DNA from: Nitrospirota bacterium
GTDB lineage: Bacteria; Nitrospirota; Thermodesulfovibrionia; Thermodesulfovibrionales; JdFR-86
Reading direction: 5' to 3'
DNA: 64,000 nucleotides
NCBI GenBank assembly: GCA_963721805.1
Contig: CAVRJY010000001.1
Span: 608,001 to 672,000 of the forward strand
Of the stretch, positions 62,923 to 64,000 are shown one piece after another. The notes under the pieces are model-generated. The model did not search any database, was not told the DNA's origin, and saw only the letters and a list, made by a program, of their open reading frames with translations. A program made the translations under genes and the position numbers. The stretch's first letter is position 1. Every line of letters begins with the position of its first letter.

Positions 62923-63100
62923 TTCCGGGGTGTCGTGGTGGGGGCAACCAGAAGACAAAAATAAGGAATGACCGAAATTGGACAATTGAATAATACCGTT
63001 TTCGCAAATTGCCTCCGCAAAAGAATGGACCTATCACTATTACCCGTCTTGTCATTTTAAATCTATTGTATTTAATGCTAAATAAAGTTACACTTATCGA

Positions 63101-64000
63101 ATGAAATTGGATAGTAAATTAATATACGTTTGGGGATTCATATGGGTGCTAATAGGAACACTGATGCTGTATGTAACTGAAAGCATTTTCTCTACAGACA
63201 AATCAATGGTGGCCGAAAATTTATTCATAAATATTTCAGTAGGTCTAATAGCCTTGGGAATTGTAGCTCTTATCCTTCAGTTGCCAGACTGGAGAAATTA
63301 TTTCCAGGATCGCGTTAAAGAAACGGTTATTGATCGCACGTACCTGAATAGTCTGAGCGAAGAGGAGCTATCTTCTTTGCAAATTTCTACTCTAAAAGCA
63401 AAATACAAGAATACGGATATAGACAGAGAAGGTTCTTTTTTGCAATATTTTCAGAAGCGAATTGAGGATTATATCGGTAAACCTTATAGGGAAAATGTAA
63501 ATACAGCCATGGTAATTAAAGAACATGACAGCAATCCAGATTTTTTTGTAGTGACTGATTCCATCTCATATATTTGCAGAAAACTAGGCAGCAAGATTCA
63601 AGAAGATGTGAGGTGGCTTTATGAACACGGCGAATTTGAGGAAATTATTGATATCGTTGTAATACTTATATGCCCAAATAGTAACCAGAACAACTGCTCT
63701 AATTCTTGTAAAGATAGATGTATAGAAGGGAGGATAACGCTCACAAAAGAGACTTTGGATAAAGATTTCTTTTCAAATACAGAACATGAAAGTGGTTATA
63801 TTGTCAGACTTAAGGAATTACTGCCTGAAAGCGACAAAATTGAAGTTCAAATGTCCACGATTTATAGCATACGAAAAGACAGATTTTTTACATGGGCGAT
63901 GACTCACCCGTCCAAAAACATTAATTTCACTATTATTTATCCCGATGCATATCAAATTCAAACATTTGTGGGCGGTATTGAACCAAAGGAATATTCCAAA
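63101..64000 (+). CDS. AT-rich membrane protein with two N-terminal TM helices (partial, runs off the window)
   Basis: Frame from ATG 63101 (MKLDSKLIYVWGFIWVLIG...) stays open to the window end. Absent from the ORF track because it has no stop. Confidence 0.7.
   Translation, partial: MKLDSKLIYVWGFIWVLIGTLMLYVTESIFSTDKSMVAENLFINISVGLIALGIVALILQLPDWRNYFQDRVKETVIDRTYLNSLSEEELSSLQISTLKAKYKNTDIDREGSFLQYFQKRIEDYIGKPYRENVNTAMVIKEHDSNPDFFVVTDSISYICRKLGSKIQEDVRWLYEHGEFEEIIDIVVILICPNSNQNNCSNSCKDRCIEGRITLTKETLDKDFFSNTEHESGYIVRLKELLPESDKIEVQMSTIYSIRKDRFFTWAMTHPSKNINFTIIYPDAYQIQTFVGGIEPKEYSK

Overview
This is a GC-rich bacterial chromosome window. The gene repertoire suggests a Nitrospirota/Desulfobacterota-like organism, which is an inference. 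The housekeeping backbone comprises tig-clpP-clpX, murC-like, clpS, cimA, uvrB, xerD, a Lon-like protease, lpxL, gspG, argD/argF/nth, an L,D-transpeptidase cluster, rplM-rpsI-argC-argJ, class II RNR nrdJ, yeeE and glnA. Accessory DNA includes an integrase-less island at tRNA-Ser (msrAB, pgm, glucan phosphorylase, P-type H+-ATPase) and an ArsR-DsrE/F/H-SQR sulfur operon. It also includes two near-identical IS30 copies, one IS481 and several AT-rich orphan or defence-like genes. Main highlights: (1) the DsrE gene has an in-frame UGA in a U-x-x-C motif followed by a SECIS-like hairpin, so it is probably a selenoprotein missed by the ORF track; (2) a ~123-bp palindromic repeat family (about 10 copies) whose inverted pairs bracket AT-rich cargo, alongside a second modular HTH/palindrome element; (3) an unassigned ~200-nt multi-stem RNA with its own promoter; (4) many apparently leaderless genes. 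Five single-base frameshifts are probably assembly indels.
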